Below are positions 30,959-41,037 of a stretch of DNA of 64,000 nucleotides, in pieces. Position 1 is the first letter of the stretch, and each line of letters begins with the position of its first letter. The stretch covers positions 64,001-128,000 of the forward strand of contig JBGARZ010000019.1 in NCBI GenBank assembly GCA_044229975.1, given 5' to 3'. The DNA comes from Polyangiales bacterium. Its GTDB lineage: Bacteria > Myxococcota_A > Polyangia > Polyangiales > Ga0077539. The position numbers and the translations under genes are program-made. A model generated the notes under the pieces. It saw nothing but the letters and a program-made list of their open reading frames with translations, was not told where the DNA came from and ran no database searches.

Positions 30959-32263
30959 TCAGCGCGCCCGCAGCCACGCCAGCAGCGCCGCGCGATCGTC
31001 CTCCGCCAGCTCCGTGCCCCACTCGTGCCCCGGCACCGCGCCCACGCCGTGCACCCCGCGGTACGTCGGGCTCAATCGCTCCCGCGAGAACAACTCCTCC
31101 AGCGTCGCCACCGAGCCGTCGTGCAGGTACGGCCCGGCCTCGCCCACCGCGATCAGTGCCGGTGGCCGGTAGCGACCCGTCCCGCGCCCGTGGCCCGTCG
31201 CCAGCGCCGCGTTGGTGCCCACTCGCGCGGCGGTCACCAGCGGGCCGCCACCCGCCGCGTTGCTGTGACATCCGCGGCATTGTTCATTGAACAACCGCTC
31301 TCCCCGCGAGAGCAACGCGGCGTCTCTCGGGTAACGAGGCGGCGCTTGCAGGGTGTAGAGGTACATCGCGAGCGCCCAGGCGAGCTCGCGCGGTGGGCGC
31401 ACCCGCTCGTGGTTGGAGTGCAGGAGCTGCGTCTCCTGGCGTATCGCGAGCGCCGCCGGGCCGACGTGTCGAAGCGTCCCCGCCTGGGTGAGGTACTGCT
31501 GGTCGCGCAGGCCCCACAGGTCGGGGATCGCCACCGGGTCTTCGTCGCGGTCTTCGGTCACGTCGGCGCGCCCGCGACCCCAGGTGCGCATCCGCCGCGC
31601 GAGCTCGGGGTCGACGGATGTCCCGGTGTCGGCGTGGTAGGCGAGGCGCATTCGTCCGTAGTCGAACGATCGCCGCGCGCGGCCCACCACGAGCGCGCCG
31701 TCCGCCACGTCGGTGTGGCAGAGCGCGCAGGTGATGCCGACCCGCGCCTCACCGTCGACGTCGCGAAAGCGAACCGCGCCAGGGTAGGTTCCGTCGGGCG
31801 CGCGGAGGATGCCGACGTCGAGCGCGAGCGGCGGGCGGCCGAGGGCGTGCTCGACGTAGACCTCGGCCCTCAACGGATATCGGAAGAACACCTCGCGCCC
31901 CAGCGACACCCATTGGGACATCGATGAAGGGCGACGGCCGTCCCACAACGGCGCGACGCCTTCGAGGGACGGCGACGGCGCATCGGTGACGGGGACGGAG
32001 ACCGGGTTCCAGACGGGGAGGAGGTCCCAGCCGACGGTGACGCGCGCATAGTGGTCGAGGCGCTGGCGGGAGTAGGTGTTGTCGGGGTTGGTCAGCGACG
32101 CTTCGAGGCTGCGCCGACGGTGCGCGGGGTCATCGAGAAAGCGTCGGGCTTCATCGAGCAGCCACGGCTCGCTCCAGCGACCGGGCGCGGACGCGGTGTG
32201 GGTTCGCTCGCGACAACCGAGGAGGCAGAATACGGCCGCGACGATGGGCGACCGTCGGTTCAT
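30959..32263 (-). CDS. Di-heme c-type cytochrome lipoprotein (peroxidase/MauG/RoxA-like C-terminus)
   Basis: Lipobox LLGC, heme motifs CALCH and CRGCH, PYLHDGSVATLEEL, GHEWG. Confidence 0.8.
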   Translation of the reverse strand: MNRRSPIVAAVFCLLGCRERTHTASAPGRWSEPWLLDEARRFLDDPAHRRRSLEASLTNPDNTYSRQRLDHYARVTVGWDLLPVWNPVSVPVTDAPSPSLEGVAPLWDGRRPSSMSQWVSLGREVFFRYPLRAEVYVEHALGRPPLALDVGILRAPDGTYPGAVRFRDVDGEARVGITCALCHTDVADGALVVGRARRSFDYGRMRLAYHADTGTSVDPELARRMRTWGRGRADVTEDRDEDPVAIPDLWGLRDQQYLTQAGTLRHVGPAALAIRQETQLLHSNHERVRPPRELAWALAMYLYTLQAPPRYPRDAALLSRGERLFNEQCRGCHSNAAGGGPLVTAARVGTNAALATGHGRGTGRYRPPALIAVGEAGPYLHDGSVATLEELFSRERLSPTYRGVHGVGAVPGHEWGTELAEDDRAALLAWLRAR

Positions 32264-32267
32264 GCGA

Positions 32268-32903
32268 TCAGGTCACGACCTCGGGCGCGCGCATCAGCTC
32301 GCCCGAACGCAGCACGAGCGTCTGTCCGTTGACCTCGACGGTGACCTCCAGGCGATAGGCGCGGCCGTAGGTGCTCCACGTGTTGCCGCCGCCGATGGCA
32401 GCCCAGTTGGGGGCGGTGAGCTTGTAGCTGCCGCGGGTGTCGCCGTACTCGGTGAGGTTGCCGTCCCAGGTGACGTACTGCGAGCCCGTCCAGCGCTGCG
32501 GCTCGCGCGCGGTGAGCACGTCGAGCTGCGCATCGTTGGTGGCGTCGAGCAGCCGAACGCGGGTGACGACCACCGCGCGCGCGGGCGCCGGGGTGACGGG
32601 CGTTCCGACGGCGGCGAGCGTGAAGTTGATCTGGAGGTTGGTCTGTCGGCAGAAGGGCGTGCCGCACGCCCGGTCTTGCTGGCCGCCCGCGTCGACGGAG
32701 AGCTGCGCGCAGGGGGCGGCGGCGCCCGACGAAGCGGTGGGGCAGTTGTCGGCGAGCGACGCGGCGGCGATGGCGGCGGTGACGGTGACCGCGGGGTTCG
32801 TCTGCGCGTCGGAGGCCGCGTCGGTCTCGGGGACCGTGAGCGCCGTGCCGCCCGAACAGGCCGAGAGGGCGAGAAGAACAAAGGGAAGAACGCGACGCAT
32901 CAT
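32268..32903 (-). CDS. Hypothetical lipoprotein
   Basis: GAGGT RBS, lipobox LSAC, normal codon bias. Confidence 0.7.
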   Translation of the reverse strand: MMRRVLPFVLLALSACSGGTALTVPETDAASDAQTNPAVTVTAAIAAASLADNCPTASSGAAAPCAQLSVDAGGQQDRACGTPFCRQTNLQINFTLAAVGTPVTPAPARAVVVTRVRLLDATNDAQLDVLTAREPQRWTGSQYVTWDGNLTEYGDTRGSYKLTAPNWAAIGGGNTWSTYGRAYRLEVTVEVNGQTLVLRSGELMRAPEVVT

Positions 32904-33021
32904 GGTGGACCTCGTGGATCGCAAAGGGAGTCTGCCTCTGGTTCTTGAGCGAGAGGCGTGCCATCGCGCAGGGCGAAGAACGCAGGGAATCAGCGTGTGA
33001 CGGGTTGTGCCAGGGGTGTGG

Positions 33022-34137
33022 CTACGGCGCGCCCGGACCCACGTCGACGAAGTCCCCGACCCCAGTGCCGATCACACCCGCCCACCGGCTCAGCGGAACG
33101 CCGTCGACGAGGGTGGAGTTCCACCGCAGGAGCCAGGTGTGGTTTTCGGAGGTGATGAAGTAGCTGCGCAGGCTGGTGCCCGCGAGGCGCTGCCGCGTCG
33201 CCAGCAGACCCTGACCGAACTCCTCGGCGGTGATGTCTCCCTGTCGCGCGCAGTCGCCGCCGTGACCCCAGGAGAAGAAGTACCGGGGCGAGGCGTCGCC
33301 CATCGCGCTGATGAGCCCGAGCCGACGCGTGGGGTACTTGCGCGCGAGGAAGTCCGTGAGCCGCGAGAGACCACCACCGTCGGCTTGAGCACGGCACTCG
33401 GTGCAGTCGGCGGGGAGCGTGGCGTCGAGGTTCCAGAGCGTGCGCCAGGTGCGTTGCAGGCACGGGGCGAGCACGTCGTCGCCGAGCGGCGGACCCGAGT
33501 CGTTGAGCAGCGAGACGTCCGTGGTCGGGCCGAACGCCTGCGCGATGCCGTCGTAGTGCCAGGCCGCGCCGAAGCCACCGGCACTCAAGCCGGTGACGAG
33601 CACGCGACCCACACCGCGGAAGGTCGGCAGCAGCCGCCGCAGCGCGACGCGCACGTTGCGGGACCCGACGAACACCCGGCGCGTGCCGCCGATGACGACG
33701 CCGTCGGGGTTGTCGCCCGCGTGGGCGTCGCCGGTGCAGTACCCGATGTACGCGTAGCTCCAGTTGCGGAACGCGTTGTTGGTGTCGCTGCGCGACAGGG
33801 GCCCCACCGCGCTGGCGAGCCGCATCTCCGTGCGGAAGGCGGTCTCGACGAAGCCGTTGGCGTGCAACACGCTCGCGCAGCTCTCCTCGTTGAAGCAGGC
33901 GCCACCGCCCATCAGGAAGATCACGAGGCCCTCGGCGTTGGGCACGACGTTGACGCCGATGCCCGTCGGCGAGCCGTCGATGCAGCGCATGCCCTCGATG
34001 GGAACCCACGCCCACTGCCGCGGCTCCGCGACGACGATGGGGCTGTCCGGGCCCACGGTGGCGGGCGGCGCATCGGTCGTGTCGCCGCAACCGACGAGGA
34101 GTGCGGTCAGCCCTGCCACGAATCGACGAGAGTTCAC
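33022..34137 (-). CDS. Pectinacetylesterase/Notum-family hydrolase lipoprotein
   Basis: CIDGSP, FLMGGGAC, YCTGDAHAG, GLSAGGFG and NDSG motifs; lipobox LVGC. GTG 34137 overlaps the upstream TGA. Confidence 0.85.
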   Translation of the reverse strand: MNSRRFVAGLTALLVGCGDTTDAPPATVGPDSPIVVAEPRQWAWVPIEGMRCIDGSPTGIGVNVVPNAEGLVIFLMGGGACFNEESCASVLHANGFVETAFRTEMRLASAVGPLSRSDTNNAFRNWSYAYIGYCTGDAHAGDNPDGVVIGGTRRVFVGSRNVRVALRRLLPTFRGVGRVLVTGLSAGGFGAAWHYDGIAQAFGPTTDVSLLNDSGPPLGDDVLAPCLQRTWRTLWNLDATLPADCTECRAQADGGGLSRLTDFLARKYPTRRLGLISAMGDASPRYFFSWGHGGDCARQGDITAEEFGQGLLATRQRLAGTSLRSYFITSENHTWLLRWNSTLVDGVPLSRWAGVIGTGVGDFVDVGPGAP

Positions 34138-34796
34138 CGCGCACTCCGCACGAGGTCGGTGACCAGCGCGTAGTGGCAGGCGCACGCGACCACCGTCAAC
34201 GTGTGAAACACCTCGTGGTAGCCGAACACCGCAGGCACCGGGCTGGGCCGCTTGAGCGCGTAGGTGACGGCGCCGAGGGAGTAGACGATGCCGCCGCCGA
34301 GGAGCAACGCGAGGTGCGCGGGGGAGAGCGCGGCGCGCACGGCGCCGAAGTAGGGGACGACGGTCCAGCCGACGAAGAGGTAGAGCGCGGCGCTGACGGG
34401 CTTCGGGGCGCGCACCCAGAAGATCGACTGCAACACACCGAGCGCGGCGGCGATCCAGACCCAGAAGAGAAGGCGCGACCCGGCGGCGTCGCCGAGGCCG
34501 AGGCGGCAGATGGGCGTGTACGTTCCTGCGATGAGGACGAAGATCGCGGCGTGGTCGAGGCTGCGCATGAACGCGCGGGGCTTCGGCTTCCACGTGGGCC
34601 GGTGATAGACGGCGCTCACCGTGAACAGCGTGCAGACGCTCAGCGCGTAGATCAGCGCCGCGAAGGCCGCGCGCGATGTGGGCGCCATCCCGACGAGGAC
34701 GACGCCCGCGCCGAAGGCCGCAACGGCGCTCCAGTGATGGATCACGCCGCGCAGGGTGGGCTTGACGGGAGGAGCGCTCGCCCCGGTGGTGGTCAT
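34134..34796 (-). CDS. Hemolysin III/PAQR-family membrane protein
   Basis: KPTLRGVIH, SAVYH, LDHAAIFVLIAGTYTP and GYHEVFH. Confidence 0.93.
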   Translation of the reverse strand: MTTTGASAPPVKPTLRGVIHHWSAVAAFGAGVVLVGMAPTSRAAFAALIYALSVCTLFTVSAVYHRPTWKPKPRAFMRSLDHAAIFVLIAGTYTPICRLGLGDAAGSRLLFWVWIAAALGVLQSIFWVRAPKPVSAALYLFVGWTVVPYFGAVRAALSPAHLALLLGGGIVYSLGAVTYALKRPSPVPAVFGYHEVFHTLTVVACACHYALVTDLVRSAR

Positions 34797-34816
34797 CGGG
34801 GCAGTCTCCAACATTC

Positions 34817-35716
34817 TCAGTCGAGCGTCGGGTCGTACTCGCCCAGTACGGTGTTGTCGATGAGCCGCGTGGCGCCGATCTTCACGGCCACCGCGAGCAC
34901 CGCGCGTTGCCCCGCGGAGAGCGTCGCGGGGGGCGCCGTGAGGTCGTCGGCGTCGCGGAGCTCGACGTAGTCGATGCTGTCGACCGACGTCGTGAGGCCC
35001 CGTGTGACCGTGTCGAGCAGGGCGGCCGTGTCGCGCTCGCCCTTGGCGTAGCGGGCCCGCGCAGCGCGCAACGCGGTGGGGATGGCGACGGCGCGTTGGC
35101 GGTCGGCGGTCGCGAGGTAACGGTTGCGGGAGCTCAGCGCGAGGCCGTCGGGCTCCCGGATGGTGGGGAGCCCTACGATCTCGGCCGGGAGGAAGAGGTC
35201 GGTGGTGAGGCGCGAGATTACCCTGAACTGCTGGTAGTCCTTGCGGCCGAACACTGCGACGCAGGGCCCCGTGAGCGCGAGGAGCTTGGTCACCACGGTG
35301 GCGACGCCCTCGAAGTGGACGGGCCTGCTCACGCCGCACATCGGACCGGCGAGCTCGGGGACGCGCACCCGGGTCTGATCGCCCGCCGGGTACATCTCCG
35401 ACGGTGGAGGGGCGAACACGGCGTCGACCCCGACGGAGGCGCAGCGGGCGACGTCGGCGTCGAGCTCGCGGGGGTAGCGGGAGAAGTCCTCGTTGGGGCC
35501 GAACTGCGTCGGGTTGACGAAGATGGACACCGCGACGAGGCCGTCGGCTCCGACGCGCCGACGGGCTTCCTCCATCAGCGCGAGATGTCCGCGGTGGAGC
35601 GCGCCCATGGTCGGGACGAGCGCCACCCGGCGACCCTCCGCGCGCGCCTTGTCGCAGGCGTCGCGGAAGGCCGCGGCGGTGGGGATCACCGCGGGCGATT
35701 CAGTGGGTCGGGCCAT
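34817..35716 (-). CDS. panC: Pantoate--beta-alanine ligase
   Basis: [41 protein letters not shown] and RLIDN. Confidence 0.97.
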   Translation of the reverse strand: MARPTESPAVIPTAAAFRDACDKARAEGRRVALVPTMGALHRGHLALMEEARRRVGADGLVAVSIFVNPTQFGPNEDFSRYPRELDADVARCASVGVDAVFAPPPSEMYPAGDQTRVRVPELAGPMCGVSRPVHFEGVATVVTKLLALTGPCVAVFGRKDYQQFRVISRLTTDLFLPAEIVGLPTIREPDGLALSSRNRYLATADRQRAVAIPTALRAARARYAKGERDTAALLDTVTRGLTTSVDSIDYVELRDADDLTAPPATLSAGQRAVLAVAVKIGATRLIDNTVLGEYDPTLD

Positions 35717-36584
35717 ACGACGCCGGCGCGTGGCGGGGGAGGAGGGCGTCGGCGCTGCGGGGCTCGGCGGGCAGACCGAAGCTGTGCTCGGGGCCCGGGA
35801 AGACGCCGCCGCGCACCTCGTCGATGTACGCCCGCGTCGCCTCGGTGCCGCGCTGAAAGAACTCCTCGAAGCGCTTCACGAACTTCGGTCGCATCGTGTC
35901 ATTGAGCCCGAGGAGGTCGTAGCTCACGAGGATCTGCCCGTCGCACCCGACGCCCGCGCCGATGCCGATGGTGGGTACTTCGACCGCGCGCGTGATGCGC
36001 TCGGCGAGCGGCGCGGGGACGCCTTCGACGACCACCGCGTAGGCGCCGGCTTCGCAGACCGCGATGGCGTCTTCGAGGATGGCGTCGGCCGCGTCGTCGT
36101 TGCGCCCCTGCACCTTGAAGCCGCCCATGGCGTGAACGCGCTGCGGCATGAGCCCGACGTGCGCCATCACGGGGATGCCCATGCGAACCATGCGGCGGAT
36201 GACGTCGGCGATCTCCTTGCCGCCTTCGAGCTTCACGGACTCCGCGCCGCCTTCCTTCATGAGTCGGCCCGCCGCGATGAGCGCCGCGTCGGGGGACGCC
36301 TGGTAGCTCATGAAGGGCATGTCGCCGATGACGTGGGCGTTGCGCGTCCCGCGGGCGACGGCGCGGCAGTGGTAGATGACCTCGTCGAGGGTCACCGGCA
36401 GGGTGCTGGTGCCCCCTTGGATGACCATGCCGAGCGAGTCGCCGACGAGGATGGCGTCGACGCCCGCGCCGTCGAACATCCGCGCGAAGGTCGCGTCGTA
36501 GGCGGTGACCATCGCGAGCTTGTCGCCACGCCCTGCGGAGGACTTCCGCGCGCGCAGCTCCGGGACCGTGATCTTGGACGGCAT
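35700..36584 (-). CDS. panB: 3-methyl-2-oxobutanoate hydroxymethyltransferase
   Basis: [35 protein letters not shown] and IGIGAG..CDGQ. Start trimmed to ATG 36584. Confidence 0.97.
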   Translation of the reverse strand: MPSKITVPELRARKSSAGRGDKLAMVTAYDATFARMFDGAGVDAILVGDSLGMVIQGGTSTLPVTLDEVIYHCRAVARGTRNAHVIGDMPFMSYQASPDAALIAAGRLMKEGGAESVKLEGGKEIADVIRRMVRMGIPVMAHVGLMPQRVHAMGGFKVQGRNDDAADAILEDAIAVCEAGAYAVVVEGVPAPLAERITRAVEVPTIGIGAGVGCDGQILVSYDLLGLNDTMRPKFVKRFEEFFQRGTEATRAYIDEVRGGVFPGPEHSFGLPAEPRSADALLPRHAPASYGPTH

Positions 36585-36730
36585 CGGAGAACCAGTGTTT
36601 CTGTCGGTCACGGCCGTCGTGATAACGGTCCGCGCCAACGAGCCGAGATGTAGCACCGCCCTCGGGCGTTGGAAACGGGGGGCGCTCACGCCGGTCGCGT
36701 GGTCTCTGCGCCGCGTATCATCGGCGCCCC

Positions 36731-37708
36731 ATGAGCTCGCTACCCGACCTCGCCCGCGCCGCCATCGCCTTCGAGCAGAACATCCGCTTCCTCGCGCCGA
36801 CTCCCACCGTCGCGGCGCTCGGGCCCGACGTCATCGAGTTCGCCCGATCGCGCTACGGCGCGCACCTCGCGGCGCTCGCTCCACACGCCGCTGCGCCGCT
36901 GCCCGAGGCTCGCGTGGAGGTCGTGTCGGGTATCCCGGCGGTGTGGCGACGCATCGGGCTCGCGGTGCCCGGTGATCCGTTGCCCGCGATGGCGACCACG
37001 GCGGACCCGACGACTCCGACGGCGCCGCCTTCGATGATGAGAACGGACGGTCCGAGCATCGTGATGCCCGACGCGATGCACGCGTGGCAGAAGGCGCGGG
37101 ACAAGGCGTGGAGCAGCGCCCCCGAGGCGATGCGCCGCGACCCGAAGACCCACGATCGGCTGTGCGAGCTGGGCACGGCGATGGGCGTGAAGTCGTCGCA
37201 GACGGACCCGTACCACCACCTCGCGGAGGTCGTGCGCGAACCGCTTCGCGTGGCGCGTTGGGAGCATCCGGGGCGCGGCGCGAGCGAGCACGTTCCGGCG
37301 GTCATCGAGCGGCCGCACGAGGTCGCGTCGCGGATGCTGGAGGCGCACCTCCATTGGGTCACGGCCTTCGGTGATTCGTTGGCCTCGCCGTGGTGGCCTG
37401 CCATCGAGCTGTGGTCGCTCGGTCTGTGGTCGCTGGTGGCGCCCGACGGGGTGTTGGTGTTGTTCGCGCCCACGGTGCACGAGGGGCGGGTGGTCTTCGA
37501 TGAGGCGAACCCGCCGGCGCCGTGGCCGAAGATCGGGTTTCGTACGTCGGGCATGAGGCACGACCGCTGGGAGAGCTTCGACGCGTACGCCAATCTGGTC
37601 ACCCACGCGGGCTTCGGCCCGGTCCCCGGGGAGTTCTCGGTGCTGCATGGCAACCCGCCAGGGCCGTCGTTCGGTGGCGGTCCCGGACCGGGACCGGGGC
37701 CGCGCTGA
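36731..37708 (+). CDS. Hypothetical protein
   Basis: 325-aa ORF with protein-like composition. TATCAT box 9 nt before the ATG; divergent from panB. Confidence 0.7.
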   Translation: MSSLPDLARAAIAFEQNIRFLAPTPTVAALGPDVIEFARSRYGAHLAALAPHAAAPLPEARVEVVSGIPAVWRRIGLAVPGDPLPAMATTADPTTPTAPPSMMRTDGPSIVMPDAMHAWQKARDKAWSSAPEAMRRDPKTHDRLCELGTAMGVKSSQTDPYHHLAEVVREPLRVARWEHPGRGASEHVPAVIERPHEVASRMLEAHLHWVTAFGDSLASPWWPAIELWSLGLWSLVAPDGVLVLFAPTVHEGRVVFDEANPPAPWPKIGFRTSGMRHDRWESFDAYANLVTHAGFGPVPGEFSVLHGNPPGPSFGGGPGPGPGPR

Positions 37709-37748
37709 CGGTCGGTCGCGACGGGCCTCAGGCACTGCGGCGAGAGAA

Positions 37749-37889
37749 GCCGCAAGGGCGCAGGGGTCGCAAGGGAGAGGGGACGGTGGTGGTGCTCGAA
37801 ATGTCACCCGCGGTGAGCGACTTCGTTCGCCCCCAAACCTTTCGTGACACCAGATTCCGTCTTCCTTGCGACCCCTGCGCCCTTGCGGC
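37749..37889. repeat. 26-bp perfect inverted repeat pair around an 89-bp spacer (MITE/REPIN-like)
   Basis: GCCGCAAGGGCGCAGGGGTCGCAAGG at 37749-37774 and its exact reverse complement at 37864-37889. Confidence 0.85.
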
Positions 37890-37924
37890 CTCTCCTCCGA
37901 TGACGGCCTATGATCCCGCCGGTC

Positions 37925-39367
37925 ATGCGCTCGCTCCCCATCGCCGTCGCCATCGCGCTTACGGCTGCCTGCCACCATCCGCCCGTCGCCACGCTACCGC
38001 CGCCGCTGCCACCGCCACCACCAGCGCCACCGTCGCTGCCCGCGTCACCCATGGTGCATGTGCACGTGCGGCTCGACACCGCGCAGCCCGCGGTCGGCAG
38101 CCTGTTCGTCACCTGGCTCACGACCGACGAGTGGACGGCCCTCTCGGAGCGCGGAGCCCTCGGACCCATCGTCGACATGATGCCCCGCGCGGTCGTGACC
38201 TCCGCCCGACTGGGCGCGGGCGAGGCCCCCGTCGACGTCGCGCTCCCTGGTGCGGTGCCCGATGGCGCGGTGACCTTCGCGGTCTTCGACACGCAGCACC
38301 GCTTCTTCGACAACCTCTTCGGCAATGACGTTGCGGGCGACGCGCTGGGTCGCGGCTTCGTCACCGACCGCGCCTCCGAGCTGCGACTCAGGACCATCGG
38401 CGCCCCACGACCGGAGGCCGATCGCTGCGTCGGTGACCGCTGGCAGCGCCTCGTCGTGGAGTCGCCCGACGTCGCCGGGTCCATCGGCAACCCGACGGCG
38501 CGGCGGCTCTGCGTGCGCCTGCCCGCGAGCTATGCGACGGCGCCCCGGCGGCGCTACCCGGTGGTCTATCTGCTGCCCGGATTGATGGGCAACGAGGACG
38601 CCGCGCGCCACGCCGACGACGCGCCCGACGGCGCCCGCGAGGCGATCTACGTGGGCATCGACACGAGCACCCGCGCGGGGTCGAGCTACCTCGTCGACGG
38701 ACCCGTCACGGGCGCCTGGGAGCGCTTCATGATCGACGGGGTGGTCGCGACCGTCGACGCGCGCTTTCGAACGATCCGCGACGGGCAGGCGCGGGCGCTG
38801 GCGGGGCACTCGACGGGCGGCTTCGACGCGGTGTCGCTGGCGATGCGTCGGCCCGAGGTGTTTGGGGCGGTGGGCGCCTCGTCGCCCGACGCGCTCGACT
38901 TTGCGCACTGGATGCTCGGCGAAGACGGTCGCGCCCGTCCGCTGTGGCTCGGGTGGGTCCGCGTCGAGGATGCGGTCGGCCCGCCGGGGCAGTTCGCGAG
39001 CTACGGCGCCGACTGGTCGCCCGATGCCAACGAGCGGCGCGGATACGCGTGGCCGGTGGACCTCGCGACGGGCGAGGTGGTCCCCGCCGTGTGGTCGCGG
39101 TGGCTGACGCACAGTCCGGTGACGTGGCTCGACCAGGCCGACGGGCTGGCGCGGGCGCGTCGCCTCGCGGGGCGCATCTACCTGACCTGCGGGCGCGCCG
39201 ATGAAGCACGGCTCTTCGAGCCGACAGAGCGCTTCGCCCAGGCGCTCGATCGGGTGGGCATCGCGCATGTGTGGGCGCCGCGCGAATGGGGCCACCTCGG
39301 GCATCGGCGCGAGCGGTGGGAGCCGCTGCTGGCGCACCTGCTGTCGGTGATGACCGCCGCGCGGTAG
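37925..39367 (+). CDS. Alpha/beta-hydrolase esterase (Fes/antigen-85-like) lipoprotein
   Basis: RYPVVYLLPG, AGHSTGG nucleophile elbow, WGH; lipobox TAAC. Confidence 0.85.
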   Translation: MRSLPIAVAIALTAACHHPPVATLPPPLPPPPPAPPSLPASPMVHVHVRLDTAQPAVGSLFVTWLTTDEWTALSERGALGPIVDMMPRAVVTSARLGAGEAPVDVALPGAVPDGAVTFAVFDTQHRFFDNLFGNDVAGDALGRGFVTDRASELRLRTIGAPRPEADRCVGDRWQRLVVESPDVAGSIGNPTARRLCVRLPASYATAPRRRYPVVYLLPGLMGNEDAARHADDAPDGAREAIYVGIDTSTRAGSSYLVDGPVTGAWERFMIDGVVATVDARFRTIRDGQARALAGHSTGGFDAVSLAMRRPEVFGAVGASSPDALDFAHWMLGEDGRARPLWLGWVRVEDAVGPPGQFASYGADWSPDANERRGYAWPVDLATGEVVPAVWSRWLTHSPVTWLDQADGLARARRLAGRIYLTCGRADEARLFEPTERFAQALDRVGIAHVWAPREWGHLGHRRERWEPLLAHLLSVMTAAR

Positions 39368-39376
39368 CGCGCGAGC

Positions 39377-39943
39377 CTATTGGTGGTGGTCGGCCACGGC
39401 GTAGCGGCCGAAGAGGTTGAGGTACCGCTCGCCGAAGCGCACGAGGGTGACGTCGTCGAGGGAGACGCGGGTGACGGCGCCTTCGAGCGTTCCGTCGACG
39501 TGGACGTAGTGCATCGCGACGCTGTCGACGTCGTCGTCGGGGACGAGCTCGCCCAGGAAGAAGCCCGAGCCGTCGCCGCGCTCGCACTCCACGATGGCGA
39601 AGCGGTGCTTCGCGCGAACGGCTGCCATCACCGCGCGCCACGAGCTCAGCGGGAGGTCGGGCGTGGTGAGTCCCTCCAGCGATTTTTCCCCGTGCAGCAC
39701 GCGGCGAAAGAAGCGCTCGGCGCTGCCGTTGCGCACCTCCGTGAGGTCGCGCACGCGCATCACCGCGAAGCCATCGAGGTCGAAGTCGTGGAGCGTTCGC
39801 ACCAGCAGCAGGTCGCCGTCGAGCGAGAGGGGGAAGCCGTTCCAGGTGGGGTTTCCGGCGAAGCCACGCGCGAGCTGAACGTTGTCGCCGCGATCGATCG
39901 CCCGCTCCAGGGCCGCGACGATCGCCTCATGGTCGTCTGACAT
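39377..39943 (-). CDS. Hypothetical protein
   Basis: 188-aa ORF from ATG 39943 (TACGGT box 8 nt upstream) with strong codon bias. Confidence 0.7.
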   Translation of the reverse strand: MSDDHEAIVAALERAIDRGDNVQLARGFAGNPTWNGFPLSLDGDLLLVRTLHDFDLDGFAVMRVRDLTEVRNGSAERFFRRVLHGEKSLEGLTTPDLPLSSWRAVMAAVRAKHRFAIVECERGDGSGFFLGELVPDDDVDSVAMHYVHVDGTLEGAVTRVSLDDVTLVRFGERYLNLFGRYAVADHHQ

Positions 39944-39989
39944 CGGCGCGCACCGTACACGATGCGGGGCTGCGCTATCGTGGCGACCG

Positions 39990-40898
39990 ATGGAGCCCCC
40001 GTGGCCGGTCTGGATCCCGTGGCCCCTGCTCGTCGTCGGCGCGACGCTCGGCGCCGTGTATGTGTTTCGTGTCATCGGGGCGTCCATCAACGCGGCGGTC
40101 TTCGCGATGGTGGTGCGCAAGCTCCTGGCCGCGGCCAATGTCGACCGCACGCTGAAGCTCTGCCGCGCCGCGAGCCCCGCGCCCGTCGCCGCCGCCGTAC
40201 ACGCCGCCGTGGTCGCGTGCGGGAAGGGCATCGCCCACGACCACTCCGCCGCGGACTACCGCAGCGCCGGCGACCTCTCCCCCGAGCGCGTGCTCGCCCC
40301 GGTGCGCGCGGCCTACGACGCGGCCTTCGCGGCGTCCGCGTCACGTGTCCGCTACGCCCGCTACGCGGCGATCGTCAGCGCGTTGCTGCTCGTCGCGGCG
40401 CTGGCCCTCGCGTTGTCCCACCCGTCGGGCGAGCCGCTGCCCGCGGTCGGGGCCGGCCTCGGCCTGCTCCTGCTCGCGTGGGCTGCGCTGCGGGAGCGCG
40501 CCATCCTGTTCTCGCGCGGCGCAACCTACGTGGTGCTCGCGGAGGGCTTCGACACGCTCATCCGTGACCCGTCGCGCGTCCCGGTCGCGACACCGCTGAC
40601 GCGCGTGCGGGTGGCCTTCGAGGTGAGCGAGCCGGGGCGCCCGATGCGCGTGGTGGAGTCCGACTCCGACGTCATCAAGATCGGATCGATGGAGACCGCG
40701 CAGGTGTGCCTCGACGCGCCGGGCGTCTCTCGCATGCACGCGGTGGTGGAGTGCGCGGACGACGGGTTCTCGGTCATCGATCTCGGTGGCCGACCGACGA
40801 CGCGGGTGAACGGCGAGGCCGTGAACAAGCGCGAGCTCTCCGACGGCGACGTGCTCTCCATCGGCGACGCCGAGCTGCGCGTGCGGCTCTACGGCTGA
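39990..40898 (+). CDS. Membrane protein with MotA/AglR-like N-terminal region and C-terminal FHA domain
   Basis: Three TM segments and INAAVF..VRKLLAAANVDRTLKLC. FHA motifs IKIG, VSRMH, VIDLG, TRVNG and L.DGDVL.IG. Confidence 0.75.
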   Translation: MEPPWPVWIPWPLLVVGATLGAVYVFRVIGASINAAVFAMVVRKLLAAANVDRTLKLCRAASPAPVAAAVHAAVVACGKGIAHDHSAADYRSAGDLSPERVLAPVRAAYDAAFAASASRVRYARYAAIVSALLLVAALALALSHPSGEPLPAVGAGLGLLLLAWAALRERAILFSRGATYVVLAEGFDTLIRDPSRVPVATPLTRVRVAFEVSEPGRPMRVVESDSDVIKIGSMETAQVCLDAPGVSRMHAVVECADDGFSVIDLGGRPTTRVNGEAVNKRELSDGDVLSIGDAELRVRLYG

Positions 40899-41037
40899 CG
40901 ATCTGCGCTCTCGGGTGGTGGGCTCCTGCGCGCCGTCCGGTCGCAGTGCCCCGCGCCGAGCGGGTCGATGGACGTCGCGGCGCAGCTTTCAGGTGCATTC
41001 AGGTCGAGGCCCCGATCGACGCTCGTACCGTTGGCCG

